Assembly (NCBI GenBank): GCA_035538255.1 | Contig: DATLKS010000989.1 | Location: 1 to 30,734, forward strand | From: Terriglobales bacterium | GTDB lineage: Bacteria; Acidobacteriota; Terriglobia; Terriglobales; Acidobacteriaceae | DNA length: 30,734 nt | Reading direction: 5' to 3' | Shown here: in pieces, positions 1 through 8,756 of the stretch | How the letters are laid out: every line of letters begins with the position of its first letter | How positions within the stretch are numbered: the stretch's first letter is position 1 | Made by a program: the position numbers and the translations under genes | The notes under the pieces: generated by a model | Seen by the model: only the letters and a program-made list of their open reading frames with translations | Databases searched by the model: none | What the model was told of the DNA's origin: nothing

Positions 1-873
1 CCACGCTTCGTGCGCGGCATCCGCAGCGGCTTAGTCGATCCGCATGCGGTGCCCAAGCTAGTCTCACGTTTTGGAGCATTCGAAAGATGGGATGGGCAGC
101 GCGGCCCCGGCAATCTTAACGCGTACCACTGCATGCAGCGCGCTGTTGATCTGTCTCACGAACATGGAATCGCCTGCGCTGCTTTGCGCAACACGAACCA
201 CTGGATGCGCGGCGGCAACTACGGCTGGCAGGCCGCTGATGCGGGCGTGATTGGCATCTGCTGGACGAACACGATGCCGAACTTGCCGCCTTGGGGCGCG
301 AGCGATCCGCGGTTGGGGAATAATCCCATCATCATCGCCGTGCCAAGACGGGAAGGACACGTCGTGCTCGATATGGCCGCGTCGCAATTTTCCTATGGGG
401 CGATTGAGTCTTATCGCCTGAAAGGCCAGATGCTGCCGGTGCCGGGAGGCTTCACGCGCGAAGGCGAGCTGACGCGCGATCCCGCGGAGATAGAACGCTC
501 AAAGCGGCCGCTGCCAATTGGATATTGGAAAGGCTCAGGATTAGCGCTGATGCTCGACATGATCGCGAGCATGTTGTCCGGTGGCAAGGCGACGCATGAG
601 ATTGCTGGTGAGGCTGAGCGGGAGACTAATCTTTCGCAGGTCTTTATCGCGATTGATCCAGCAGTGCTCGGAGCGGGTGAAGAGATCGTGAACCGGATCA
701 TCGCAGACCTGCGCGCCTCCACACCTTTGACTGAGTTGCCGGTACGCTATCCAGGAGAGCAAGTGCTGAAGATTCGGCGCGAGAGTATGGAACGGGGAGT
801 TCCCGTCAACGGCGAAATCTGGAGTGAAGTACAGCAACTCTTAGCGAGTCTTCAATCCCAGAGTTCCTGCTAA
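1..873 (+). CDS. yiaK: 3-dehydro-L-gulonate 2-dehydrogenase / 2,3-diketo-L-gulonate reductase (Ldh_2 family), 5'-truncated by the window edge
   Basis: Frame is open from base 1 (PRFVRG...). Motifs ALRNTNHWMRGGNYGWQAA, CWTNT, GNNP, DMAASQFSYG and PIGYWKGSGL match the YiaK/DlgD subfamily. Confidence 0.88.
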   Translation, partial: PRFVRGIRSGLVDPHAVPKLVSRFGAFERWDGQRGPGNLNAYHCMQRAVDLSHEHGIACAALRNTNHWMRGGNYGWQAADAGVIGICWTNTMPNLPPWGASDPRLGNNPIIIAVPRREGHVVLDMAASQFSYGAIESYRLKGQMLPVPGGFTREGELTRDPAEIERSKRPLPIGYWKGSGLALMLDMIASMLSGGKATHEIAGEAERETNLSQVFIAIDPAVLGAGEEIVNRIIADLRASTPLTELPVRYPGEQVLKIRRESMERGVPVNGEIWSEVQQLLASLQSQSSC

Positions 874-881
874 TGACATGC

Positions 882-957
882 ATACCGCGCGTGCGGGACT
901 GGGCATCTGTTAAATACATGGAGGTAGCAGTGAACAGCTAACCGACTAAACGTTCAA
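882..957 (-). pseudogene. Possible degenerate N-terminal relic of a PIN/VapC toxin
   Basis: TTG overlaps the antitoxin stop (TTGA) and reads LNV* before an in-frame TAG. A shifted frame then reads MYLTDAQSR, reminiscent of the x-x-Y-x-D-(T/S)-S...LYLxD start of PIN toxins. Resemblance judged by eye only. Confidence 0.3.
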
Positions 958-1190
958 TACCGCCCACGCTCCTCGATAAGAAGGTCAGCTCCCGGAAGAG
1001 TACGGTCTCCAAAGATCTCTTTTCGCATCGCTGCGAAGTCTGGATAGGGAACTTTCTTCCTCTCTGGATTGCGCGGCACGATGTGCGCAATCACTCGATC
1101 ACGCTCGCGAAGCTCGACGGTCTTGCCGGCGCGAAGCCACGCCTTAAGCTTGCGAGTGTCACGAAGCTGACGCAGGTTGATGCTAGGCAT
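954..1190 (-). CDS. Phd/YefM-like type II antitoxin (78 aa)
   Basis: From ATG 1190: MPSINLRQLRDTRKLKAWLRAGKTVELRERDRVIAHIVP. This is the Phd-type pattern (short helix, G-x-x-V, 'VIAxIVP'). The ORF-track extension to 1241 is probably not translated. Confidence 0.7.
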   Translation of the reverse strand: MPSINLRQLRDTRKLKAWLRAGKTVELRERDRVIAHIVPRNPERKKVPYPDFAAMRKEIFGDRTLPGADLLIEERGRY

Positions 1191-1200
1191 GAACAGAAAG

Positions 1201-1219
1201 GTGACACATCCTGTCTCAC
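1201..1219. promoter_or_regulatory. Imperfect inverted repeat, candidate TA autoregulation operator
   Basis: GTGACAC-atcct-GTCTCAC (6 of 7 pairs), 10 nt upstream of the antitoxin ATG. Confidence 0.3.
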
Positions 1220-1254
1220 AACTCAAGAATCGCCAGGACACAACACTGGTTGTT

Positions 1255-2304
1255 CTAAATAACTTCTATTGGCTTCTCACCCTTCGGCAGCACTTCGCCG
1301 ATGCGCACCGCAGGGACTCCCGCAACTTCCATCGCTGCGATCACACCCTTTGTGATCTCGCTGGGAACCGATAGCAGCAAACCACCTGCGGTTTGTGGAT
1401 CGTAGAGGAGCGTCTTGAGTTCCTCCGAAACATTGCCTTTGTAAGCGACGCACGATTCTGCAAACTCACGATTTGTCTTGAGACCGCCGGGGATGAACCC
1501 GGCTCGAACGCATTCCAGTGCACCGCGCAGAAGTTCGATCAATTTAGCTTCAATGCGAATTGTGGTTTTGCTGCCTACAGCCGTCTCTCGCGCATGGCCG
1601 ACCATTCCGAAGCCGGTGATGTCAGTTGCAGCATGAACCGTGAAGCCGCCTTGATGAACCACCTGAACTGCACGCTGATTCAACTTGGTCATTGAGGCTA
1701 CAGCGCCATCGATCCACTCCTGCTTGGCTTTGCCCTTCTTGATAGCCGTTGAAATCACTCCGGTGCCGATCGGCTTGGTAAGCACGAGCGCGTCGCCTAC
1801 TTTGGCCTTTGAGTTCGCCCAGAACTTCTTCGGATGCACGCGCCCGGTCACGGAGTAACCCAGTTTCATTTCGGGATCACGCACGCTGTGGCCCCCGGCA
1901 ACGATGCACCCTGCCTCCTGCATCTTTGATAGTCCGCCGGCGAGCATCCGGCCGAGTATCTCGAGATCGCCGCCTTCCGGGAAGCAGGAGATCGCGAGCG
2001 CCGTCATTGGCTCGCCGCCCATTGCATACACATCGCTTAACGAATTCACTGCCGCAATCTGGCCAAAAATGAAGGGATCATCGACGATGGGCGTGAAGAA
2101 ATCGACGGTTTGTACGAGAGCGAGATCGTCCGAGAGCCGGTATACGGCTGCGTCGTCGGCGGTATCGAAGCCGACTAGCAGGTTTTCGTCATGTTGCCGG
2201 GCTAATTTCCCAAGCACCGCGTCCAGCGCCGCCGGACTCAGCTTCGACGCTCAACCTGCAGCCTTTACCTGCTCAGTAAGGCGCAATGGACGGCGATCTT
2301 CCAT
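1255..2304 (-). CDS. selD: Selenide, water dikinase SelD, probable selenoprotein (Sec18 encoded by in-frame TGA at 2251-2253; 349 aa)
   Basis: Body motifs DDAAVY, QTVDFFTP, FGQIAAVNSLSDVYAMGG, GGHS, TDITGFG and DPQTAGGLL. In-frame upstream extension reads MEDRRPLRLTEQVKAAG-TGA-ASKLSPAALDAVL, matching the G-(C/U)-x-x-K active-site motif. Confidence 0.95.
2221..2237 (-). promoter_or_regulatory. Putative bacterial SECIS hairpin
   Basis: Minus strand GUCCGG-CGGCG-CUGGAC: 6-bp stem with one G-U pair and a G-containing loop, starting 14 nt after the UGA. Confidence 0.6.
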
Positions 2305-2310
2305 GGTTCG

Positions 2311-2316
2311 ATTCTA
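2311..2316 (-). promoter_or_regulatory. -10 box of a probable leaderless selD promoter
   Basis: TAGAAT followed by 6 nt and then ATG 2304; no Shine-Dalgarno. Confidence 0.55.
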
Positions 2317-2533
2317 GGTCTGTGGGCTTAAAACTGCCACGGGGAACTCGGCGGAAGTCTACGCATGGACCGGCACGTTCGAAATCAGGAATGCGCCCGA
2401 TCTAGTCGCAATAGAGTGTAGCTTCGAATCATCATGCCGTGAGAGTACATGTCTCTCCGTGCTTTGCGCCTGCAGTCAACATCGGGGAACATGAGGCCTG
2501 TCCCCCGGTCCAATCCCTCAAATGGAGATTGTC

Positions 2534-4579
2534 ATGACGCTCTCGGCGACTCGTTGTGTCCGCACGATGATTTCATTCGCTTTGGCTTTCGCACTCGGCG
2601 CTAGTGCTCACGCGCAAACCAATACTTCGCCGCCCTCCTCGGCAGCGGCCGCTTGGACCGTAAGAGTGAACGGGAACATACGCTGGCAGCAGGTCACGCC
2701 CGCCGGCGCACTCCTCGTTTCAACCGACAATGCGCTCTCAGGCATCGATATCGATCGCGGCCGAGCTGCATGGGAGAAACCGGAATTGGCCGGACTTCCG
2801 GCCGATAGCATTCATCCCGTCGAGGGCTCGCTTCTGATGGAAGCGGTGCGCGAGGGCACAACGATGATCTTTGATCCGGTAACCGGCGCTGTTGTTTTCG
2901 ATTCCCGGAAGTTGGATTTTACGCGAGTCATCACTCGTCGCGTTTTGCCTCAGAGTGGCACATTTCTCGTCCATGGACAGCGCGCCGCTGGTCCGGCTGC
3001 GGTAGCGCTTTTCGACTTAACTACGGGGCAGCAACTGTGGATGAACGAATCATTGTTTACGCAGACCGAGCAGCCCAAGCGCCGAGGCTTCGGAGCGCTA
3101 ATGCAGGGACTCACGCGCCTCGCCTCCGAGGGTACTGAACTGGAAGTACTGCAGGCCGGACCCGACATGATCGTCGTGCACACCCTCATGGGCCTGCGCG
3201 GCCTCGATGCGCGAAGCGGAACCATTCGCTGGTCGGCGACGCTCCCGACCGGACGCATGGGCATGGTTGCAAGACATGTGCGGCTCTATCCTTCAATTGA
3301 CAAAAACGATCGCATTTACGTGAGTTTCAATGACAGCATGATGGCATATCGTCTGGCGGACGGTCAGCCCCTGTGGGGGCAACCGGCGAAGATAGACGGC
3401 TGGATTCACGACATTGTTCAACATCCAGCCGGGATCGTCATGTTGCCTGAGGCGCCTCCGGAAAATGAGGCGACCGGCAGCCGTCGTGTAGTGAACGGAG
3501 TCGTGCAGACAGGACTCAATGTTGCTCGCTACGAGGACGGCACAACCATCGCTCCCAAACCGGTACGAATGCACGGCAACGTAATCGACGCCATGATCGC
3601 CGGAAATACGGTAGTGCTGGCGGTCGACGCTGAATCGCGTACGTTCATCAACGTTTTAGATGTCTCCACCGCATCATTGCGGTTGAAGAAGGATGCCAAG
3701 ATCAAAGGCCAGCTCTCCTATGCCGAACTGACGCCCACGGGCCTGCTCTATATATCGCGTCCTGACGCCACGATTAACGCTGAGGTCAACATTCTCGATC
3801 TTGGAACCGGGGAGCCGCGATACAAAGATGCTATCGAGAGTGGCAAGCCATTGAGCTCAAATGAAGACGGGTACAATGCCGCGCGTTATTACCTGCACCA
3901 TGCAATAGAAGGAAAGACCCTCTACGTTTTTGCCAACCGCGACCATCGGCTGTACGCAATCGATCGCGAGGCCGGCGCTTTCAAGGCAATTAGCAGCGAG
4001 ATCAAGCTGCAAGGTGGCGAGGATCCGACCGCAATGGAAATTCGCGCGGAAGGCATCGTTCTCAGCTCTCCGCAAAATCTTGTAATCGTCGGCAGGGACG
4101 GACAAATCAAGCGGCAGGCGTATTACCCGGCGCCGCAGCTTCCCGGGTTACTGCGCGCGCTCTACGCTGTTAACGCAGTTCGGGCCGGCCTCTATGGCGC
4201 CGCTGCTTCCGCCTACGGCGACGCCTTCGCTCAAGCCTCACGGCAATCTTCTGATCCCGCGACGCAGCAAGTCACTGGGCAACTCGCGGCGGCATATAGC
4301 CAAGGCGGCAAACAGCTCGAGGGTTACTCGCGTCAGTCAGCCGCACTAGCAACTAAACGCTTCAAAGCTTCGCTGGATGTTCCTGGATTCGTCTTCATGC
4401 TGACCAAGGCACCCGATGGACATGGAAACGTCCTGCTGCAGATCGACAAGAGCACAGCACAGCCGCAGGCGCACGTGAACCTCGGGAAGGAGAATGAGCC
4501 GGCGTACGCAGTTGACGATATCGCCGATATGCTCTTCCTGCAGACCGCGCCGGGAACGCTGGTTGGATATCGGCTGTAA
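2534..4579 (+). CDS. Secreted beta-propeller protein (PQQ-like repeats), function unknown
   Basis: N-terminal signal peptide (ALAFALGASAHA). Repeated 'D..tG...W' blades (DIDRGRAAW, DLTTGQQLW, DARSGTIRW, RLADGQPLW). GGAG lies 6 nt before ATG 2534 (track start 2522). Confidence 0.75.
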   Translation: MTLSATRCVRTMISFALAFALGASAHAQTNTSPPSSAAAAWTVRVNGNIRWQQVTPAGALLVSTDNALSGIDIDRGRAAWEKPELAGLPADSIHPVEGSLLMEAVREGTTMIFDPVTGAVVFDSRKLDFTRVITRRVLPQSGTFLVHGQRAAGPAAVALFDLTTGQQLWMNESLFTQTEQPKRRGFGALMQGLTRLASEGTELEVLQAGPDMIVVHTLMGLRGLDARSGTIRWSATLPTGRMGMVARHVRLYPSIDKNDRIYVSFNDSMMAYRLADGQPLWGQPAKIDGWIHDIVQHPAGIVMLPEAPPENEATGSRRVVNGVVQTGLNVARYEDGTTIAPKPVRMHGNVIDAMIAGNTVVLAVDAESRTFINVLDVSTASLRLKKDAKIKGQLSYAELTPTGLLYISRPDATINAEVNILDLGTGEPRYKDAIESGKPLSSNEDGYNAARYYLHHAIEGKTLYVFANRDHRLYAIDREAGAFKAISSEIKLQGGEDPTAMEIRAEGIVLSSPQNLVIVGRDGQIKRQAYYPAPQLPGLLRALYAVNAVRAGLYGAAASAYGDAFAQASRQSSDPATQQVTGQLAAAYSQGGKQLEGYSRQSAALATKRFKASLDVPGFVFMLTKAPDGHGNVLLQIDKSTAQPQAHVNLGKENEPAYAVDDIADMLFLQTAPGTLVGYRL

Positions 4580-4619
4580 TGCAGTAATAGCTCTGGGAGG
4601 CTAGTCGGAAAAGCTGTGT

Positions 4620-5150
4620 TTACTTTTCTGACAACAACTTCTTTATACTCGCCTCAAGCTCATCTCGATCCACAAGTCGCGCTTGGTAAGCCGCAGCGAT
4701 TCTTCCGCGGCGGTCGATCACGAATGTGTCGGGCAAGTTTTGGATCCCGTATTGTTTGGCAGTTGCAGCGTCGCCGACGAGCATGCGGTAGGGAATTTGA
4801 TGCGTGCCTAAATACGGCTTTACCACTTTCCAGCCACCATCGTCCATCGCCACGCCGACGATCGAGAGGCCACGCCGACCGTAGGTCTTTTGATATTCAG
4901 AAAACCACGGAATCTCCTGTTTGCACCCTGTGCACCACGTAGCCCAGAAATCGAGGACGAGAACTCTACCGGCGTAATTTCTCAACTTAGCAGTTTTGCC
5001 GAATGAATCCTTGAGCGTGAAGCTTGGTGCCGGCTTTCGATCCTGTGCTCGTATCAACGTTGTGTCTGTAACAGGTTCGTCTGCAGCAGCGAGTGCAGTC
5101 GCAAAAAGGAGAAGGATCGACAACGGCGTGCGCAGCCACTTTGAGTTCAT
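4620..5150 (-). CDS. TlpA/redoxin-family thiol-disulfide oxidoreductase, exported
   Basis: APSFTLKD, VLDFWATWCTGCKQE (CxxC), LPDTFVIDRRG; signal peptide; SD AAGGAGG. Confidence 0.88.
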   Translation of the reverse strand: MNSKWLRTPLSILLLFATALAAADEPVTDTTLIRAQDRKPAPSFTLKDSFGKTAKLRNYAGRVLVLDFWATWCTGCKQEIPWFSEYQKTYGRRGLSIVGVAMDDGGWKVVKPYLGTHQIPYRMLVGDAATAKQYGIQNLPDTFVIDRRGRIAAAYQARLVDRDELEASIKKLLSEK

Positions 5151-5186
5151 CTGTACACCTCCTTAAATCGGACGACTGGGAGCTTT

Positions 5187-6110
5187 CTAATACGCAGCAA
5201 TGAGCTTCAGCTTTCCGCTCAAACGAAATGCAACTTTGATCAGCAGATATGCTGCTGGCCAGTAGGAAACGATTAGCAGCAACTCGACGATGGAATGCAC
5301 GAGCGACGGCCAAGCCTGCCATGTTTCCGGACGCATTCCCATCTTGAGCAGTATCAGAAAAATGAGACCGGGTACCTGAAGAGCAATACCAATCAAGCTT
5401 GCCGTCGCAAGAAACATGAACGTTCCCATTCTGGGACGAACACTCCGGTCTTGTAGCATTCCCAAGACAGCCGGTAGCGCCACAAAGACTGCCGCGGCGA
5501 CAAGCGGCAGAACTGTGCGATAAACGAGGTAGGCCGAAACCGGGTCTTTCGTTACTAGAAAACGCGCGCTGGGAAGCGTTCGATGAATCATGCTGAAGAG
5601 AAGACGGAAGTATGCTGGCTCGCCTTCGAGAGCCCCCAACAGAAGGCCGACGCAGAACAGAGTCCCAACAAGACAAGGCTTTCTTTTGAAAAGAACACTT
5701 CGGCCCAGCAGAAATCCGGCCGACCACGCCCAGCAACCCACAGTTAGACACCTTCCGCAAAGAAACCAAAATGAATCCGCGAGCACATACCAGAATGCGC
5801 GCTCGTGTAGCAGGCGCGAATCCCAGTTGCTGAAGTAGAGCCAGCCATACACAGAACCGATCCCGAGCTTCTCGGACGAGACGATGGAGAGCAGCATGGT
5901 AATGGGCACTATCGCAGTTACCAGCACTAGCCAAAGTCGCCAGTCACTCCAGACCGCAAATTGCCGTCTCACGACAAGACCAAGGACATCGCGCAAAGCC
6001 CGTGAGCCGCTCTGGCCTAACTCCACAAGGTCGCCGCGAACTGCCTCGCGCTCGTTCTTTTCGAGCGTTCGGCAAAGGAGATTCGTTAACCACCGGCATA
6101 CTCGATTCAT
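5187..6110 (-). CDS. Uncharacterised multi-pass membrane protein, PadR operon partner
   Basis: Several hydrophobic segments. N-terminal 'REAVRGDLVE' helix resembles those of PadR-associated permeases. Starts 3 nt after the PadR stop. Confidence 0.7.
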   Translation of the reverse strand: MNRVCRWLTNLLCRTLEKNEREAVRGDLVELGQSGSRALRDVLGLVVRRQFAVWSDWRLWLVLVTAIVPITMLLSIVSSEKLGIGSVYGWLYFSNWDSRLLHERAFWYVLADSFWFLCGRCLTVGCWAWSAGFLLGRSVLFKRKPCLVGTLFCVGLLLGALEGEPAYFRLLFSMIHRTLPSARFLVTKDPVSAYLVYRTVLPLVAAAVFVALPAVLGMLQDRSVRPRMGTFMFLATASLIGIALQVPGLIFLILLKMGMRPETWQAWPSLVHSIVELLLIVSYWPAAYLLIKVAFRLSGKLKLIAAY

Positions 6111-6113
6111 GGC

Positions 6114-6437
6114 TCAACCTTTTGCTCGCTCCGCGCTCCAGGAGAGGTCGCGACTTGCGCGCTTAACCGCACTGTAAAAATCACATGCCGCGCGAACTCC
6201 GTTTGGAGTGACAGCGACCATGCGCTTGGCGCGTCCGCCGCGTTCAGGAGTGGACGGTCCCATCCACGTTTTCACCAAACCTTTTTTCTGCAGGCGATCG
6301 AGTGTTGTGTATAGGGCGCCAATCGAACAACGCCGGCCAGTCGCATCCTCGACCTCGCGTCGAATCGATGCGCCATATGCGTCGTCTCCCAATCGGACAG
6401 CAGCACTCAGCAGTAGGTATTCGAATTCACCTAGCAT
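6114..6437 (-). CDS. PadR-family transcriptional regulator
   Basis: MLGEFEYLLL, YGASIRREV, SIGALYTTLDRLQKKG, ERGGRAKR, VTPNG. ATG 6437 preferred over GTG 6446, which abuts the -10 box. Confidence 0.92.
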   Translation of the reverse strand: MLGEFEYLLLSAAVRLGDDAYGASIRREVEDATGRRCSIGALYTTLDRLQKKGLVKTWMGPSTPERGGRAKRMVAVTPNGVRAACDFYSAVKRASRDLSWSAERAKG

Positions 6438-6446
6438 TAGTATCAC

Positions 6447-6475
6447 AATGTAGATGTAATCGGAGGTGTTGTCAA
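6447..6475 (-). promoter_or_regulatory. Sigma-70 promoter of the padR operon
   Basis: TTGACA-N17-TACATT; ATG follows 9 nt later with no SD. Confidence 0.75.
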
Positions 6476-6491
6476 ACTACAGAAAAACAAA

Positions 6492-6557
6492 AGATCTTTC
6501 GACTTCGGTTTCCCGCGCTGGAGAAAACGCGCGGGAGCCCTCCTCCGCTTCAGGATG
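6492..6557. repeat. REP-like palindromic element
   Basis: AGATCTTTCGACTTCGG, then a hairpin TCCCGCGC(6511-6518)/GCGCGGGA(6529-6536), then CGCTTCAGGATG. Resembles, from memory, the GATCCTTCGACT...CGCTCAGGATGAC repeats of Acidobacteria. Single copy in this window. Confidence 0.45.
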
Positions 6558-6590
6558 CCGAGCGACGCATAGGATGCAAGAATTCGAGGA

Positions 6591-6626
6591 GAAAAACAAA
6601 AAGGCGCGACCATCAGGCCGCGCCTT
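6591..6626 (-). terminator. Intrinsic terminator of rpoD
   Basis: AAGGCGCG/CGCGCCTT 8-bp stem followed on the minus strand by TTTGTTTTTC. Confidence 0.8.
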
Positions 6627-6627
6627 G

Positions 6628-6658
6628 TAGCTTAGAAGCTCAGGAGCTTAGTAGCTAG
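6628..6658. repeat. Four degenerate octamer repeats (nAGCTnAG)
   Basis: AGCT at 6629, 6637, 6645 and 6653 (period 8), overlapping the rpoD stop. Confidence 0.6.
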
Positions 6659-8346
6659 TCCCTGACTCCATCCATGAACGCTCGCAACTTCCTCGAGCGG
6701 GATGGATGACGCAACTTGCGCAGCGCTTTGGCTTCTATTTGGCGGATGCGTTCGCGCGTGACTGCAAACGACTGTCCGACTTCTTCGAGCGTGTGCTCGG
6801 AGCCGTCTTCGAGCCCGAAGCGCATCTTGATTACTTTCTCTTCGCGCGGAGTGAGCGTGCGCAGAACATGCGCCGTCTGCTCCTTGAGGTTCACGTTGAT
6901 CACGGCTTCTGCCGGCGAGACTACGCCGCGGTCTTCGATGAAATCGCCAAGATGCGAATCTTCCTCTTCTCCGATTGGAGTTTCGAGAGAGATAGGCTCC
7001 TGCGCGATCTTCAGCACCTTCCGGACCTTCGCCACAGGAATATCCATGCGCTTGGCGATCTCTTCCGACGTAGGCTCGCGGCCGAGTTCCTGCACAAGCT
7101 GCCTCGAAGTGCGAATCAGCTTGTTAATGGTCTCGATCATGTGCACCGGAATACGAATGGTGCGTGCTTGGTCGGCAATGGCGCGTGTGATCGCCTGGCG
7201 AATCCACCACGTCGCGTAGGTCGAGAACTTGTAGCCGCGACGGTACTCGAACTTGTCCACTGCCTTCATCAGGCCGATGTTGCCTTCCTGAATCAGATCG
7301 AGGAACTGCAGTCCGCGGTTGGTGTATTTCTTAGCAATCGAAACGACGAGCCGCAAGTTGGCTTCGATGAGTTCGCGTTTCGCGTACTCAGCATCGATGT
7401 CACCTTGTACGATCTCGCGCTGCGTGCGCTTCAGCTCGCCGAAGGTGATGCCGTACTCCTGCTCCATCTTCTCGAGATCGGCCTTGCAGTTGCGCTGCTG
7501 ACGGCGATATTCCTTCTTGAGCTCTTCCGAACGCGTGGAGTCGACCTTCTTTTCCAGGTTGTGGAATTGACGATCGAGCGAACGCATCTGCTCGGCCACG
7601 TGTCCCACGCGGTCGATCAGCTTCTTGCGCTGCGAGTTGGTATAGCGCAGCTCGCGAATGATGCGCGACACCATCACGCGCTCGCGGCCCAGCGCCCAGC
7701 GGCATTTACGGAACTCGCCGGGACGCTTCTTCTTGTCGACGTTTTCCAGCTTCTCTTCAAGCTGCTCCGCTTTCTTGAAATGCTTGTGCATTTCGTCGAT
7801 GCGGTGCGTCGTAGCCTTGATGCGGGTTTCGATGATCTCGTCGGTAATCTCTTCCTCGTCGAAGATCACCACTTCCTTGATCGAGCGAACCCCGCGCTTC
7901 AGGTCTTCGCCGATTGCGAGCACTTCGTTGATGACGATGGGAGAACGAGAAATCGCCTTCAGAACGCGGAGCTGTCCGCGCTCGATGCGCTTCGCAATCT
8001 CAACTTCGCCTTCACGCGTGAGTAGCGGAACCGTTCCCATCTCCCGCAGATACATGCGGACGGGATCGTTGGTTTTTTCCAGAGTGCCGGGAGTGAGGTC
8101 GAGTTCTACGTCTTCGCCGGCCTCTATGTCTTCAAATTTATCCTTGAGATCGGAGCCGGGCATTTTCGATCCGTCAAGGACGTCGATACCCTGCGTGCCA
8201 ATCGTGGTAAGCAGATCATCCAGATCATCAGGCGAATGGACATCGTGGGGAATGAGATCGTTGACCTCCCCGTAGGTGAGGTACCCCTTCTCCTTGCCTG
8301 CGTCGATCAGTTTTTGTATATCGTCGAATTTGTCGTTAAGCGCCAA
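6655..8346 (-). CDS. rpoD: RNA polymerase primary sigma factor RpoD
   Basis: Region 1.1 ([14 protein letters not shown]), 1.2 ([11 protein letters not shown]), 2 ([58 protein letters not shown]) and 4 ([24 protein letters not shown]). Start is TTG 8346 or GTG 8352. Confidence 0.98.
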   Translation of the reverse strand: MALNDKFDDIQKLIDAGKEKGYLTYGEVNDLIPHDVHSPDDLDDLLTTIGTQGIDVLDGSKMPGSDLKDKFEDIEAGEDVELDLTPGTLEKTNDPVRMYLREMGTVPLLTREGEVEIAKRIERGQLRVLKAISRSPIVINEVLAIGEDLKRGVRSIKEVVIFDEEEITDEIIETRIKATTHRIDEMHKHFKKAEQLEEKLENVDKKKRPGEFRKCRWALGRERVMVSRIIRELRYTNSQRKKLIDRVGHVAEQMRSLDRQFHNLEKKVDSTRSEELKKEYRRQQRNCKADLEKMEQEYGITFGELKRTQREIVQGDIDAEYAKRELIEANLRLVVSIAKKYTNRGLQFLDLIQEGNIGLMKAVDKFEYRRGYKFSTYATWWIRQAITRAIADQARTIRIPVHMIETINKLIRTSRQLVQELGREPTSEEIAKRMDIPVAKVRKVLKIAQEPISLETPIGEEEDSHLGDFIEDRGVVSPAEAVINVNLKEQTAHVLRTLTPREEKVIKMRFGLEDGSEHTLEEVGQSFAVTRERIRQIEAKALRKLRHPSRSRKLRAFMDGVRD

Positions 8347-8498
8347 ATGCACTCATCTCCAGTTCATCAAAACTTGTGGGCCGAGATGGCCGGACGGCGA
8401 GCCAGGCACAGTTCTGCGCAGCTCGACTACATGTGCGGCGAAGCGTCGTAAGTTCTTCAGAATGAATAGCTGGTAGGCACGCCTATCCGGGAGAGACT

Positions 8499-8507
8499 AG
8501 AATATCA
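8499..8507 (-). promoter_or_regulatory. Candidate extended -10 promoter for rpoD
   Basis: TGaTATTCT about 150 nt upstream of the start. Confidence 0.4.
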
Positions 8508-8756
8508 CACCCCTCCTACAGCGATGAACCCTTCACCAGTTTGTCGATTTGTGCGCGCTCTGGCGCCTCGTGGACACTCCGCCCTAGAAGACTTAGATGC
8601 TGCTCACGATAAAGGGGTTCAGCAGAATCTCGCGGAAATCTGGCAAACGAGCGATCCTGCGGCATGGGATCCGGAAAACCCAGGGCAGGCCAGTCCCATT
8701 CTCCCCCGAGATTTCCGGGCCTGACTTGCCCCTCGTTTCTCCCGCTAAGGAGAGCC

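Noticed and set aside
2300-2420. GGTTCGATTC and GTTCGAAATC resemble tRNA T-loops, raising the idea of selC beside selD
   Set aside because: No acceptor stem, UCA anticodon arm or cloverleaf could be built; the first motif overlaps the selD start and -10 box.
4987-5934. 315-aa minus-strand ORF in an alternative frame
   Set aside because: Overlaps the better-supported membrane protein and TlpA genes; Cys/Arg/Ser-rich, non-protein-like composition.
6706-8275. Long plus-strand ORFs (439 aa, 205 aa, 167 aa) opposite rpoD
   Set aside because: Antisense shadows of a highly conserved GC-rich gene; no motifs or RBS.
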